Positions 46,032-57,127 of a stretch of DNA of 64,000 bases are shown here, piece by piece; positions within the stretch are counted from its first letter, which is position 1, and the number at the start of each line of letters is the position of its first letter. The notes beneath the pieces are model-generated. The model was not told where the DNA came from. It saw nothing but the letters and a program-made list of their open reading frames with translations, and ran no database searches. Source of the DNA: a virus. The stretch covers positions 7,268 to 71,267 of the IMG/VR virus record IMGVR_UViG_3300046810_000322. The stretch is one strand, 5' to 3'. Position numbers and translations under genes: made by a program.

Positions 46032-48410
46032 TTAGTTTTGCTGAGGATACGTTTTGCCCAGCAGTGTCTTACGGATGCTGGTTACCAACGGTTCAGCACG
46101 ATCGCCCAAGTCAAATGGCAACAGTTCTGTAATGATAACTACTTGATCCAGCGGGATCAAACCAGAAGGCACGGCAGGTTTCTCGCCCGTCGTATAGTAA
46201 TCAACAATGCTGGCCAGTTGCTCTGGAGTCAAGTCCAGGAAGTACTCAATCCCGATGAATGGCACCCAGCCACGAGGAATCGGACGGGTTGGCTCTGGGC
46301 TAGAGATTGTCAGGCGAGAGATCTGCGAGACAATGTTGAACGTAGTCGGATGGGTCCGCATGTCGCCGTTCAACCCGATGTTCACATCCGAGCGATGTTT
46401 GCCATACACTTTAATGTTCGGATCAATTGCCGGACAGTTCAGTGCAATCGGAATATACTGCGCAGCTGATTGCGAGATGCGATCAACGCCAACAACAGCG
46501 TCAGGGTTCTGTGGGTTGGAGCGTAAGCTACCATTCACATCACCTAAGCGTATCCCAGGCCAATCAGTTTTCCGGATCGACGAATCGTTGATCTCAGCAA
46601 TCACCTGAATACCGTACGATGACAACTGGGTGAACATGCTCACCATGGAACGTTGCAGTTCCTTGATCGACTGGGTTGGATTCAGCGTCGTGCCGGTGGC
46701 TTGGCCAACGATGTCGGTATACAACAGCTCAAAGTCGTTCCGGTTAAAGTTCGACAGATCAATGTTGCGCTCCGACAGCCACGAGTCGTAAATCGTTCCT
46801 TGTGGTTCCAGTTCCAGGATGTGGTCGCTGTAGATCCGCGTCACCATGGCTTGTACCATACCGCGGCGTTCGTAGTGCTCTTGCGAGGCAATCAAACGAC
46901 GTTGCATCTGGACTGCAGCATCAATCTCAGCACCCAGTGTATAGAACGCATCAATCGACAACAAATCGTTAATCTCAGGCTGCAGAGACAAAGCAGTCGC
47001 AGCAACATCGCGGGTCAGCAAGCGATGGTCAACGATGGAGTAGATGTCATCCACCGAAGGAGCGAACGGATCGTCCGGTGTTGGTAAGCGCTGTACTCGG
47101 CTAGCATACGCCAATGGCACCGTTTCCAACGTGAACCCAATCGACTTGGCGAAAGCATACATTGACAACACAAACGCTTCCTTAGCCGTCAGTGGAATCT
47201 TCTCCCCGGTTTGCGGGTTGTTGATATTGATGTAGGCAATGTACAGGTCGACACTACTTAAGTAGAGCCAGTGATTAAACAGGATCTCACTCAAGATCCA
47301 TGGCGAACTATTACTTTCGTCCACCATGGAGGATTCCAAGGCCTTCGTCGCTACCACGTTCGATGGCGAGTTCTCCATCAGCGTGCGGATCTCTGCGATG
47401 GTCTCGGTTAAATTCTCACCATTATTAATAGCGAGGGGTTCTTCCTTGACCAGCATCATGTCCAACGAGATGCGGTTGTCTTCTGGCAGCACAATCCCTA
47501 GGTTCAACTGCCGTTTCCGGAAGATGACTTCAGGGTACAGATTCTCCGCTTGCTTCGAGACATCGTGCTTCATGGTGTACTCCGCCAGCGGAATATACCG
47601 TTCGGTCATGATATGCTCGGTCAACGTCTCGAACGTGCTATTACGTCCAGCATGCCGTTCGATGTAAGCAATGTTGCGGTAAAAGTACAGCGCTTGCTTC
47701 TTGGTCAGCGTGTCGATGTACGCATCCAGGTAGCCATGGCTGCCCAGATATTGGCTGATGTGGAAGCTGTGGGCTTCGTTGGTGTTACACAGTTCTGTGC
47801 GTGCCGTCAAGATAGCTTGCACCAACAACAGATGCATCTGCCCCAGCATCGTTGCACCGTAGAGTTCGTCGGTATAATCGAAGCCAGGAATATACCAACG
47901 CGCTTTGTAGTGATCGATCCAGCTTTGCAGACGATCGATCAGCGAGTATTCGTTCTCCTCCACCAAGCCTGGTGGGTAAGACAGAATCGCGCCATCGGGC
48001 GCTTTAATCGCTTGTTCAATGTCGACTGGATACAGAATACCCAGGATCAGTTCTTCTTGGTCCGGATACTTTGCCACCAGCTCAGTGTACTGTCGAGTGC
48101 CGTACTGATAGGCACGGGCAGTCGCTCGGTGAATTCGTAGGTTTTCCTTGGTAAATAAAATCTCACCCAGCGTATCCATTGAGACGACCGTCATCACTCG
48201 GTCGATTCTATGGTATTCTCCCGCAAGATTAAGATAATATTTCCAAGTCGATGGATCGGGATCGACAGGGGCAAAATAACCACTGGCGCCAGATTCCTCC
48301 GCGATCACCCACTCGTTAAGAGCTTGCGCTGAGTAAGACGATTTGATGACGATCGTCTCAGCCAGCTGCAGGGTTTTATTGATATAAATCTGATAGTTAT
48401 TTGAACTCAC
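46032..48410 (-). CDS. Virion structural/baseplate protein (phiKZ gp128-like)
   Basis: 792 aa; WKYYLNLAGEYH, EAHSFHI..YL.SH, QLSSY.IQ; divergent from the portal. Confidence 0.7.
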   Translation of the reverse strand: MSSNNYQIYINKTLQLAETIVIKSSYSAQALNEWVIAEESGASGYFAPVDPDPSTWKYYLNLAGEYHRIDRVMTVVSMDTLGEILFTKENLRIHRATARAYQYGTRQYTELVAKYPDQEELILGILYPVDIEQAIKAPDGAILSYPPGLVEENEYSLIDRLQSWIDHYKARWYIPGFDYTDELYGATMLGQMHLLLVQAILTARTELCNTNEAHSFHISQYLGSHGYLDAYIDTLTKKQALYFYRNIAYIERHAGRNSTFETLTEHIMTERYIPLAEYTMKHDVSKQAENLYPEVIFRKRQLNLGIVLPEDNRISLDMMLVKEEPLAINNGENLTETIAEIRTLMENSPSNVVATKALESSMVDESNSSPWILSEILFNHWLYLSSVDLYIAYININNPQTGEKIPLTAKEAFVLSMYAFAKSIGFTLETVPLAYASRVQRLPTPDDPFAPSVDDIYSIVDHRLLTRDVAATALSLQPEINDLLSIDAFYTLGAEIDAAVQMQRRLIASQEHYERRGMVQAMVTRIYSDHILELEPQGTIYDSWLSERNIDLSNFNRNDFELLYTDIVGQATGTTLNPTQSIKELQRSMVSMFTQLSSYGIQVIAEINDSSIRKTDWPGIRLGDVNGSLRSNPQNPDAVVGVDRISQSAAQYIPIALNCPAIDPNIKVYGKHRSDVNIGLNGDMRTHPTTFNIVSQISRLTISSPEPTRPIPRGWVPFIGIEYFLDLTPEQLASIVDYYTTGEKPAVPSGLIPLDQVVIITELLPFDLGDRAEPLVTSIRKTLLGKTYPQQN

Positions 48411-48445
48411 GACTATCCCTAATGTAGAAACTAAAAGAGGTTAGT

Positions 48446-51352
48446 ATGCCACCAAACCAACCAGACAGCGGAGTGCGTCTGATCGATTCGATCAATAGCG
48501 GTTCCCGGATTCCTGCGAGTCGTCTCGTACGAGACAATCCGAAGGCGGCCGCTATGATGAGTAAGCTGACCGTTAATCACCGCACGCCGATCCAAGGCGA
48601 CATCATGCAGCAGCAGGGTGCTGGCATCAATGCGGCTGGTTTGCGTGCGGTTGCGCACGATGGCATGCAGAACGTCAATGACGCAGAAACTGTCCGTCAA
48701 CTGCTGTCCGACACCGACCTCGCGGAACAGATTCTGACTTCAGTCATTCTGTCGCCGCAAGACATGATGGGTGTGAAAACCAGCTACGTCGCTGAACTAA
48801 CCCACTGGAATATTCCCCATGAAACAAAAGCGTCCCTGACCAATAGCGTCCGGGAATATTTCGAAGAAGTCTATAAAATAAAGCCACGGCTGTCGTCCAT
48901 GCTCGGCGACATCCTGTTCAAACGCGGTTGCTGGCCAGCAGCAGTACTCCCAGAGAATGCTATTGATGACATGATCCATGGCAATGGTAGCATCTCCATG
49001 GAATCGTTTAAAGGCATTCTCAAGCCAAACGGTCACATGGAGTCGCTTGGTATCCTGGGACCGGTCGATGCCGAGATGCCGAAAGAGATTGTCCAAACCG
49101 GCTACCGCAGCAGCATCGGTTTGGCGCTCGAACACCTGATGACCCATCAGCCAAACAAGAGTTGGCGGAATGACATCGCCATCCCATATGAACACGATAA
49201 GAAAGTCGTCGAGTTCAATACGGGCATTACGGTGACAGACAATCTGGACATCTTGAAGATGCCCAACGTCCACACCAAACTGCGCGCACAAAAGACGCGT
49301 GACATCATCGGTCGTGCGTCATCACTGTCTGCTGAGTCGATCGCTGCCCGGGTTGGTACTGCTGCTCAACCTTACGTTAACATTCGTCCCCAAGCGATTG
49401 TCAGCCAGGTGTTCCACAAGGGCCGGCAACAACAAACGCTGATCCGTGAGATCAAGACGCAAGATAAACTCAAGCGTCGTTCGATTGGCATGCCGCTGGA
49501 AATCCACTTCCCTTCGGAATCGGTGATCCCAGTCCACGTACCAAACCAACCGTCCAAACAGATCGGCTACTTCGTGTTGCTCGATCCGGAAGGCAATCCA
49601 ATCAACCGCGGCCAGGGCATCAATCACTACCGTGAACTGGGCATGAGTTTGCAGAACAATAGTTTTGCTTCCTCCATGATCCAGCGCGCTGGTCTGGCCA
49701 TGAGTGACAACTCGGACTACCTGACGCGCAGCAATTCGTACGCCACCATGGGCCAGATGTACGGCCAGATGTTGGAACGTGACCTGATGCAGCGCCTGCG
49801 TAATGGTCTGGTGGGTGGCAACGTTTCGATCGCTGGCAACGACGAAGTGTACCGTCTGATGCTGTCGCGTTCGCTGGCTAACCAGCAAACCCAGATCCTG
49901 TACGTGCCGTCGGAATACATGACGTACATCGCATTCGACTACCATACCAATGGCACTGGTAAGTCGTTGCTGGACAACACCAAGATCATCGACAGTATGC
50001 AAGCCATGCTAATGGTGGGTACGGTGATGGGTGCCCTGCGCAACTCTGTAGGTCGCACCCACGTCGATCTGCAGCTCGATCCAGATACACCGGACCCATG
50101 GAAAGCCATCGAGACCACGATGGGCGAAATCATGCGCATCAATGGCAATGGTTTCCCGCTGGGCACGATTGATCCACTGGACATCAAGGATGGTCTGCTG
50201 CGCAGTCAATTCGAGTTCAGCTTCTCGGGTCACCCCAAGTTGCCGGACATGAAGGTGGACTTCACCGAGAAGAACACCAACTACCAGCCGCCTGATCCGA
50301 AGCTGTCAGAAGACTTGCGCAAGCGCCGTCTGATGGCGTTCTATCTGACCCCAGAGCAAGTCGATGCTGCCTCCGGCGCTGACTTCGCTACTTCCGTGTC
50401 GAACAATTCGACGTTGCTGTCGAAACGTGCGATGGTGCTGCAAGTGGCATTCACGGAACAGGTCTCGCAACACTTGCGTAAGCACGCTATTAATAGTGCC
50501 GATCTGATCGACGAGTTGGTCGACATTATCAATGGCTCCTACGAGGACATCCTCAAAGAGTTCAAAGAAGATGAAGAGATCGAGATGTTCGATGGTACCA
50601 AGGTGACGAAAGAAGAATTGAAAGACGATCCGTTGGTCAAAGGCCAGTTCATCCGTGAATTGATCGAAGACTTCATCGGCGGCTTCTCGATGACGCTGCC
50701 AGAACCTGATACCACCAAGCTGGGTAATCTGGAAGAACTGTATAAGAAACAGAGCGACCTGATTGACGAAGCGCTGAAGGCGTGGGTATCGCAAGACATG
50801 ATGGACCCAGCAATTGTGGGCGAAGAACTGTCGAGCCATATCTCCGTGATCTTCCAGCAACTGAAGTCGTACATGCTGCGTAACTGGCAGATCAAACATG
50901 GTCTGCTGCCAGAACTGAACCAACTGACTTCGCGTGACGAAGATGGTGAGGTGGAACTGGACGTCTCCGAAATCATCTCGACACACAACGCATCGATGAT
51001 GGAAATCTTCACCAACCTGTTGTCTGCTAACAAGAAGGTGAAAGAGAAGAGTGCAAAAGCGCTGGAGAAAGCTGGAGTGCAAGACTCTGCGGCTTCCTAC
51101 GGCGGTGACGACACTGGTGGCGGTTACGGCAACGATGGCGGTGACGGTATGGGTGGTGATTTGGATTTGGGTATGCCTAACATGGACCTGGATGACGCAG
51201 CCGCTGGCGGTGATCCAGCTAACCCTGAGGCAGAACCAGAAGCAGATCCCGAGAATCCTGACGCTGAACCAGCAGAAGGTAGTGAAACACCGGCGAACCC
51301 TGAAGAAGGTAAAGAGCCTGATGGCTCGGCACCTACGGAAGAGAACACCTAA
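48446..51352 (+). CDS. Portal protein (phiKZ gp129-like)
   Basis: 968 aa; PSESVIPVHVP..P...GYFVLLD..GNP, GTGKSLL; acidic disordered C-tail. Confidence 0.75.
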   Translation: MPPNQPDSGVRLIDSINSGSRIPASRLVRDNPKAAAMMSKLTVNHRTPIQGDIMQQQGAGINAAGLRAVAHDGMQNVNDAETVRQLLSDTDLAEQILTSVILSPQDMMGVKTSYVAELTHWNIPHETKASLTNSVREYFEEVYKIKPRLSSMLGDILFKRGCWPAAVLPENAIDDMIHGNGSISMESFKGILKPNGHMESLGILGPVDAEMPKEIVQTGYRSSIGLALEHLMTHQPNKSWRNDIAIPYEHDKKVVEFNTGITVTDNLDILKMPNVHTKLRAQKTRDIIGRASSLSAESIAARVGTAAQPYVNIRPQAIVSQVFHKGRQQQTLIREIKTQDKLKRRSIGMPLEIHFPSESVIPVHVPNQPSKQIGYFVLLDPEGNPINRGQGINHYRELGMSLQNNSFASSMIQRAGLAMSDNSDYLTRSNSYATMGQMYGQMLERDLMQRLRNGLVGGNVSIAGNDEVYRLMLSRSLANQQTQILYVPSEYMTYIAFDYHTNGTGKSLLDNTKIIDSMQAMLMVGTVMGALRNSVGRTHVDLQLDPDTPDPWKAIETTMGEIMRINGNGFPLGTIDPLDIKDGLLRSQFEFSFSGHPKLPDMKVDFTEKNTNYQPPDPKLSEDLRKRRLMAFYLTPEQVDAASGADFATSVSNNSTLLSKRAMVLQVAFTEQVSQHLRKHAINSADLIDELVDIINGSYEDILKEFKEDEEIEMFDGTKVTKEELKDDPLVKGQFIRELIEDFIGGFSMTLPEPDTTKLGNLEELYKKQSDLIDEALKAWVSQDMMDPAIVGEELSSHISVIFQQLKSYMLRNWQIKHGLLPELNQLTSRDEDGEVELDVSEIISTHNASMMEIFTNLLSANKKVKEKSAKALEKAGVQDSAASYGGDDTGGGYGNDGGDGMGGDLDLGMPNMDLDDAAAGGDPANPEAEPEADPENPDAEPAEGSETPANPEEGKEPDGSAPTEENT

Positions 51353-51363
51353 AAAAGAAAGAC

Positions 51364-51409
51364 AGCATAGTCAGCCCTCTCCCACCAATGGTGGGAGAGG
51401 GCGTATGCC
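51364..51409. terminator. Bidirectional hairpin flanked by AGCATA/TATGCC
   Basis: GCCCTCTCCCACC-aat-GGTGGGAGAGGGC. Confidence 0.8.
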
Positions 51410-51410
51410 G

Positions 51411-51668
51411 TCAATGGGTTGAACGGTGTCCTGCGATGTATGAATCTACAGGCGCAGCTGGGTTAGTCTTGAACAAACCAGACATGTTGTCGGTGACGTT
51501 GTAGACTTCGCCATCAACGTAATTGATGTGTTCGTTGTCAGCAATGACTACCACAGCGTGAACACCTAGACGAATAAACTCAGACGCTATGGCTTTAACG
51601 ATCTTCGATTCTTCTTCAGGTGTTCGTGCCGAGACGCGGATACGAAAGTCCAGCTTATCAGTCATCAT
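51411..51668 (-). CDS. Hypothetical protein
   Basis: 85 aa, AGGAG RBS. Confidence 0.65.
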   Translation of the reverse strand: MMTDKLDFRIRVSARTPEEESKIVKAIASEFIRLGVHAVVVIADNEHINYVDGEVYNVTDNMSGLFKTNPAAPVDSYIAGHRSTH

Positions 51669-52008
51669 CGTCTCCTACCCAGGCTTCAATGATAACCGGT
51701 TCCACAGTACAGCCGATTTCTTCTTCTCGGTTGAACTGGGTGTGCAGAATGTTGAGCATGGCATGCGGCGATTGCACCGTAATGCTGTTGATCGAGTTGA
51801 GGATGTCTGGCGGATAATGACCACCCACAAACATGGGTTCGCCGGTCTCTGGGTTAAATCCCGTAGCCGATCCGTACTCTTGTTGCATAACACGCTCAAT
51901 CGTCAAAGCAATAAACGCAGCGCCTTGATCAACCAGTTTCCGATTCTTGTCGGAGTCTTGCGCAATGATTACTTGGATTTTAACTTCAGCATCCATTTTG
52001 GCATCCAA
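51658..52008 (-). CDS. Hypothetical protein
   Basis: 116-aa ORF overlapping the next gene. Confidence 0.6.
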   Translation of the reverse strand: MDAKMDAEVKIQVIIAQDSDKNRKLVDQGAAFIALTIERVMQQEYGSATGFNPETGEPMFVGGHYPPDILNSINSITVQSPHAMLNILHTQFNREEEIGCTVEPVIIEAWVGDDDD

Positions 52009-52112
52009 TCAAAAAAAGATCAGGGAGGAAACAAGCCACGCTTTCGCGCAGCCTGTTATCGCAACCCTGATTAAAGATACCACCACTAAAAACTTTTACG
52101 TCTGTTACTTAC

Positions 52113-54005
52113 TTACTTGACCAGGCTGACCAGGTAGCCACCGTCAACCAGATTGGCTTCGGTGAGTTCCAGGATGCGGCCGTCTTTGGTCACGACCAGT
52201 TGGCGAGCAACCAGTTGGCCGTTGTTGTCCGACGAGAACACGGAGCATGCCAGTTCGTACAGTGCCGGTGTATGCGCTTTGGTCAGCATGTTGCCGACCT
52301 TGGACATACCAGCAACCTGCAGATCGTGCGACAGGATGTTCAGCATCGAGAAGCGCACGGTGGAGCCGAAGAACGTGAACTCCGGCGTATCGTCACGGCC
52401 TTCCCAGCTTTGGGTCAGCAGGTTCGATACCATCAGGTCGTGGATGTGCTTGCCGGAGTCCTGGCTCATGTCCGGCGTGCCGAACAGCGCTTTGATGCGC
52501 GTTGCCTGGTCTTTCAGGAAAGCACGCTGCATCTTGTCGCTGTAGTTGGTTTTCAGCAGACCGAGCAGTTGGTCCAAGTCGTTGGCGAAGTCGTCCACCG
52601 TAATTTCCGATGGCAGGATCGACAGGTTCTTGTGCAGGATCGAGTTCATCAGATCCGTCAAGCGCAGGGCGATTTCCGACAGCAGTTCCGGCGACGCCGA
52701 CGAGCCGTTGGCTTTCAGCTCTTCACGCAGTGCGATAAACGTGCTGGCATTAGCCAGCTTGTTCACCAGCGTGTACTCGCTCTTGGTGCCGATGATCGGC
52801 GAGTACACTTGCGCGTAGGCCTGGAAGACCATTGGCACGTTTTCCTTGTCCACGGCAGCCAGCATCTCGGTGCGCACATCCTGCACCGCGCCTTCCAAGG
52901 TGTTAGCGATCAGAACCGCAGGCAGCGCCATGTGATGTTCCAGGCGTTTGCCGTCATTGTCCACGGCGTTTTCTTCTTCCTTGGCATCGCGCACACCCTG
53001 GGTGACTTCAGCCATCAGTTCGCTGTTGTCACGGATGATGTCCATGCCGCCTTGTGGCAGGCCGAACAGGGTGGAGATGTTGTGGCGGTCGAAGTCGATC
53101 ATGTTCAGGTCGGTTTTGATGGGGAATGGAATGGTCTTGCCGTCTTCAATCTTGTACGCCATCTTGATTACGACAGGATTGTAAGCCATCGGGTAGTGCA
53201 TCTTTTCCGAGGGATTCCATTTAACGCTGTCGACGTCGACGATAGCGCCGGATTGATTTACTGGCATCGCAGTTGCTCCTTTGGTTTGGGTTGGGACCGG
53301 CTGAGCCATCGGCGCCGGCTGATGATGCACCGGCGCCGCAGCGACCGCCGCTGTGTTACCGTAATCGCGACCGCCGCCAGGACGGCTACCACCAACTGGC
53401 GCACCATAGCCGCCGTTGCTTGCCGCTGCAACTGGCGCTGGTTGGTATGCGTTACCGGCTGGCGTTGGGTAACGGTTGGCCGCCATGTTCGCGCCAGGCA
53501 CAACCGCTGCACGGTTGGGTTGATCGCCCCCACGGAACTGCATGATCATGGTTACTTCGCGTTCGAACTTCTGGATGGTCTGCTCGATGCCGTAGCGATC
53601 GTTGGGATCAACGAACTGCCACAGACCCGGGAACAACTTCAGTTCGAACATGGTACGCAGGTTCAGATATACCGGCACCAGCTGGATGAAGACCTGGTTA
53701 GGGTCGATCTGCTGCGGGTGCATATTGGACGTCTGAACTGCGATGAAGTCAGCGCAATTCGCCACCTCACGGTCGAAGTCCTGGTTACGCCAGGCGTTGT
53801 CGATCATGTGGTTGTAGAAATGCATCGAGATCGGCCCTTGTGCTTCACGGGTGATCATGTCCATCATGAGACCCGTCATGTAGCGCACGTAAGGTGCAAT
53901 CCATTCAGCCATCGGACGCACATTTGGTACATGCGGCGGGTTGTTTGGATCGTAGGACTGCAGCTGGTACATTGGCTGGTCTGTCGAATATTGTTGATTA
54001 TGCAT
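52113..54005 (-). CDS. Conserved hypothetical protein with low-complexity linker
   Basis: 630 aa, strong codon bias, GAGGA RBS. Confidence 0.8.
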   Translation of the reverse strand: MHNQQYSTDQPMYQLQSYDPNNPPHVPNVRPMAEWIAPYVRYMTGLMMDMITREAQGPISMHFYNHMIDNAWRNQDFDREVANCADFIAVQTSNMHPQQIDPNQVFIQLVPVYLNLRTMFELKLFPGLWQFVDPNDRYGIEQTIQKFEREVTMIMQFRGGDQPNRAAVVPGANMAANRYPTPAGNAYQPAPVAAASNGGYGAPVGGSRPGGGRDYGNTAAVAAAPVHHQPAPMAQPVPTQTKGATAMPVNQSGAIVDVDSVKWNPSEKMHYPMAYNPVVIKMAYKIEDGKTIPFPIKTDLNMIDFDRHNISTLFGLPQGGMDIIRDNSELMAEVTQGVRDAKEEENAVDNDGKRLEHHMALPAVLIANTLEGAVQDVRTEMLAAVDKENVPMVFQAYAQVYSPIIGTKSEYTLVNKLANASTFIALREELKANGSSASPELLSEIALRLTDLMNSILHKNLSILPSEITVDDFANDLDQLLGLLKTNYSDKMQRAFLKDQATRIKALFGTPDMSQDSGKHIHDLMVSNLLTQSWEGRDDTPEFTFFGSTVRFSMLNILSHDLQVAGMSKVGNMLTKAHTPALYELACSVFSSDNNGQLVARQLVVTKDGRILELTEANLVDGGYLVSLVK

Positions 54006-54041
54006 AGCTACTGTTTTCCTCTTTTAGTGTTGTGGTGGTTA

Positions 54042-54164
54042 TTATTTTTTGCAGAACATGCCGCGGATACGTGCGGCGAACATCTTAGTTTGGATGATGA
54101 AGCGCTGCCAGCGAGTGCGTGTCTCGCGCACACCGATCCTGTTGGTATGTTGTTGATTATTCAT
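54042..54164 (-). CDS. 40-aa basic peptide (not in ORF track)
   Basis: AGGAG RBS then MNNQQHTNRIGVRETRTRWQRFIIQTKMFAARIRGMFCKK-stop. Confidence 0.5.
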   Translation of the reverse strand: MNNQQHTNRIGVRETRTRWQRFIIQTKMFAARIRGMFCKK

Positions 54165-54185
54165 GGCAGTGCTCCTTTGGTTCAA

Positions 54186-55862
54186 TTACCTTTCAATGAG
54201 CGCTTGCGCATGATCAAACGTATCACTGAAATTGGGGTTACGGAGAATCACATTGTCCAGCGTCAAGCCAACAAACGGATTGATGCGGAAATGTCCCGAT
54301 GGTTGAGACTTAGGAAGATTGGCATACCCGCCGACTTCGACGACGGAGATGTGCAATTGGTTTATCGGGTCGCGCAACTGTAACCCGCCTTTCTTCCGGC
54401 TCATCTTGTTGGTGTGCTGCTGCGGCACCAACAAGGTCGTGATCTTCATCACTTTGTTGTCACCCGGGTAGCTGTTAGCCGACACAGCACCAGAGGACTT
54501 GTAGATATGGAAGATCGCCCCCGTCCGGATATGGTTACCGAATACGTGGTTGATCTTGTCTGGAGTCAACGATTGTTCCTCGCAGAGCTTGAGCATACGG
54601 AAGCCCAATTCCATGATGGCCTTGCTGATATCGAACAGAACGAAGTACAACACGTTCAGTTCTTTATCGTACATCGAGGACAGCTTCTTCCGGTTGGCCA
54701 GCAGCATTGGATCGAAATCCTCCACCATACGTGCGAACAGCTGATACACGTTGTTGACCTGGTAGCCAATGTTCTCGAGCTGCTCGCGCACGATAGGATC
54801 GATGTACTCGTCCAACGAACGCATGTGGCTTTCCATTTCCTTGAGCACCTTGCCAACACCAGAGCTTGGCGCCACCAGATGGCCGAGGATCAGAATCCAC
54901 AGTCGCTTCTCATCGGTCAACTTCACTGCGTCCTGGTTGATGACGTAGTTCGACAGATGGTTCACGCGTTCCGGGAAGCGGTCAGCGATGTAGAAGAATG
55001 CACCGATCAGGTTGTGCGTCATCGCATTCATCTGATCTTTCGGCACCGCAATACGGATGTTGGTTGGCCGGTAGTTGTCGTTGTTACGACCTGCCGGTGC
55101 GCCGTTGTCCGAGTTACGGGTAGTGCGTGCGATGAACCACTGATCAGGTGGATACTTCTCGCGGGTGATGTTCTCGGCGTCGCCGACCACCACATCGCAC
55201 TTGGCAAACTCCTGGAACGTCTTGATGATGCCGTACTTGCAGAACAAGTAATGCGCCAACGTCGATTCAGCAGTGACGTTGTCCGGATCAGTCTTATCCC
55301 GGACCACTTTCTTCTGGTGGATCTTCGACCACACGACGTGTGCAAAGGTCTCGCTATCATCCAGGATAAAGTGTTGCGAGATACGATTGATGTTGAAGCG
55401 GGTCTTGATCAATCGTACAAAGATGGTCTTGCGCATCACCGAGATCACACGGTCCGCCAACACAGGAGAGATTGTGTAGCGCGAATCGCTGATGGTGATG
55501 AAGCCACCGTCAGAGACGAACGGCAGATACAAGTACCGCGGCCGCAGTTTAACACCGTTGTATTCGAATTCATAACGCATCATGTACACGTCGGAACGTG
55601 CGATGTCGTACGAAGAACGCTGGCTGGTTTTAGTTGCTTTTTGGTTGTGCCGTTTGGTCGCTTCGATGTACTCTTCCCGTGGCGAGCAGCGGACGCCACG
55701 GATGAATTTCAGACCCGGTGGAAAGGTTTCGGTGATCGACCGGAACAACATATCCACGTAACGCTCTGCCTTCGGTATCTCAGAGACCGCGAAACCATCC
55801 GCAATCTTCTTATTGAACTTTGGCATGTCTTCTTTGATAAATGCCCGCAATGCTGGGTCCAT
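54186..55862 (-). CDS. Non-virion RNA polymerase beta subunit, N-terminal part (phiKZ gp123-like)
   Basis: LYLPFVSDGGFITISDSRYTISPVLADR resembles RpoB region A; position near the capsid gene. Confidence 0.8.
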   Translation of the reverse strand: MDPALRAFIKEDMPKFNKKIADGFAVSEIPKAERYVDMLFRSITETFPPGLKFIRGVRCSPREEYIEATKRHNQKATKTSQRSSYDIARSDVYMMRYEFEYNGVKLRPRYLYLPFVSDGGFITISDSRYTISPVLADRVISVMRKTIFVRLIKTRFNINRISQHFILDDSETFAHVVWSKIHQKKVVRDKTDPDNVTAESTLAHYLFCKYGIIKTFQEFAKCDVVVGDAENITREKYPPDQWFIARTTRNSDNGAPAGRNNDNYRPTNIRIAVPKDQMNAMTHNLIGAFFYIADRFPERVNHLSNYVINQDAVKLTDEKRLWILILGHLVAPSSGVGKVLKEMESHMRSLDEYIDPIVREQLENIGYQVNNVYQLFARMVEDFDPMLLANRKKLSSMYDKELNVLYFVLFDISKAIMELGFRMLKLCEEQSLTPDKINHVFGNHIRTGAIFHIYKSSGAVSANSYPGDNKVMKITTLLVPQQHTNKMSRKKGGLQLRDPINQLHISVVEVGGYANLPKSQPSGHFRINPFVGLTLDNVILRNPNFSDTFDHAQALIER

Positions 55863-55883
55863 ATTTCCCTCTCCTTTTATCTA

Positions 55884-57071
55884 CTACCGAACTCCATTTG
55901 TTCTGAACGCTTTGTACGCCATCAGAATCGTTCCGATCCCTGCGAGGATGGTAGGCAGGAACTTGATAAACTCTGACGTGTCCTTACGATCATGCGACTT
56001 TCTTTCGTATGCATCCTTCATCTTCAGCTTCTCCAATTCGAGTAAACTCTCTTGGCGTTGCTTCAATTCTTCCATCGAGCGTTGTAACAACAACCGCTCA
56101 AACTCCACTTCCTTCAGCCGACGGTTATTCTCTTCCAGTTCTGTTTCATACTTGAGTTTGTCACGCTGGAAGTTCTGGCGTTCTATCAGCATGCTGTGCT
56201 CAAGTGTTGCAATCTCACGTTTCCGTGTGGCAGCAACATCACCAAAGCTCGACGCCTGTTCGAAGGTCTGGTAGATACCCAGTTGCTTCTCTACATCCTC
56301 AAACGGGTAGAACGTTGTTGATACTTCGTCAGGATTGATCTTTCCGTTTGTCGGCTTGCTAGATACAATATACAGACCGTCCGGTCTATTTTTATCCGTC
56401 CTTGCTACAATTTTGTAAACTTGGTTGCAGATAGGCAAGTAACGGTCGCCATACTTTCCTAGGTTGTCAATAATTTCTACCCAGAAAATGAATCCGTGCT
56501 TTGCCTTGATTGCTTCTGCTGCTTGTTCTGCTTCCAATTCCCGCCCCGCGTAGCTGTGTGGGTGGGGGATTTGGTATGGCTCATCGCCGAACTTGAACAA
56601 CGTATCCAACTCGTCATGGTAGAACATACCGTTGGTTGATGCCAAGTCCCTTTCGGTGAACATATATTCAATTGTGCAGCGAATCTCTCGCTCGCGTCCA
56701 AACGTGTACACGTTATCGTACACCTTCAGATATGCTTCCCGGAATTGTGCCAATGCTCCCGGAACATTCTCTTCCAAATTCTTGAAGTACACCCGAGCAG
56801 CCTCAACACAGGTTGCCCCAACAATCAGTTCATGTTGCACCAAGAACTGTTGATCATGCGATCGCGCTGTCCGCACTGGCACAGCTGGGAAACTCATCTC
56901 CAAACCAGAACGCAATTTCGCACGCACTGGCTGCGTCATGTTGTTAACGTAGCGTGTGTTGATGCGGAAATGAGAAATACCGCCTGGCTCAGTTTCATCT
57001 GCTTTAATGCTAGGCAGTCGCACTTTGCCATAATGGGTTAAGGTTTCCTGTTTCATGATTGCTCTTCTCAT
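55884..57071 (-). CDS. Conserved hypothetical protein with C-terminal coiled coil and TM (phiKZ gp122-like)
   Basis: 395 aa between capsid and nvRNAP genes. Confidence 0.7.
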   Translation of the reverse strand: MRRAIMKQETLTHYGKVRLPSIKADETEPGGISHFRINTRYVNNMTQPVRAKLRSGLEMSFPAVPVRTARSHDQQFLVQHELIVGATCVEAARVYFKNLEENVPGALAQFREAYLKVYDNVYTFGREREIRCTIEYMFTERDLASTNGMFYHDELDTLFKFGDEPYQIPHPHSYAGRELEAEQAAEAIKAKHGFIFWVEIIDNLGKYGDRYLPICNQVYKIVARTDKNRPDGLYIVSSKPTNGKINPDEVSTTFYPFEDVEKQLGIYQTFEQASSFGDVAATRKREIATLEHSMLIERQNFQRDKLKYETELEENNRRLKEVEFERLLLQRSMEELKQRQESLLELEKLKMKDAYERKSHDRKDTSEFIKFLPTILAGIGTILMAYKAFRTNGVR

Positions 57072-57127
57072 CTCTAATTGTTAGTTTGCATAATGAGGAC
57101 AACACACCCATTACCTTGACATGAGAG

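Noticed and set aside
52200-55976. 727-aa and 520-aa plus-strand ORFs
   Set aside because: Antisense shadows of the 630-aa gene and the nvRNAP subunit gene
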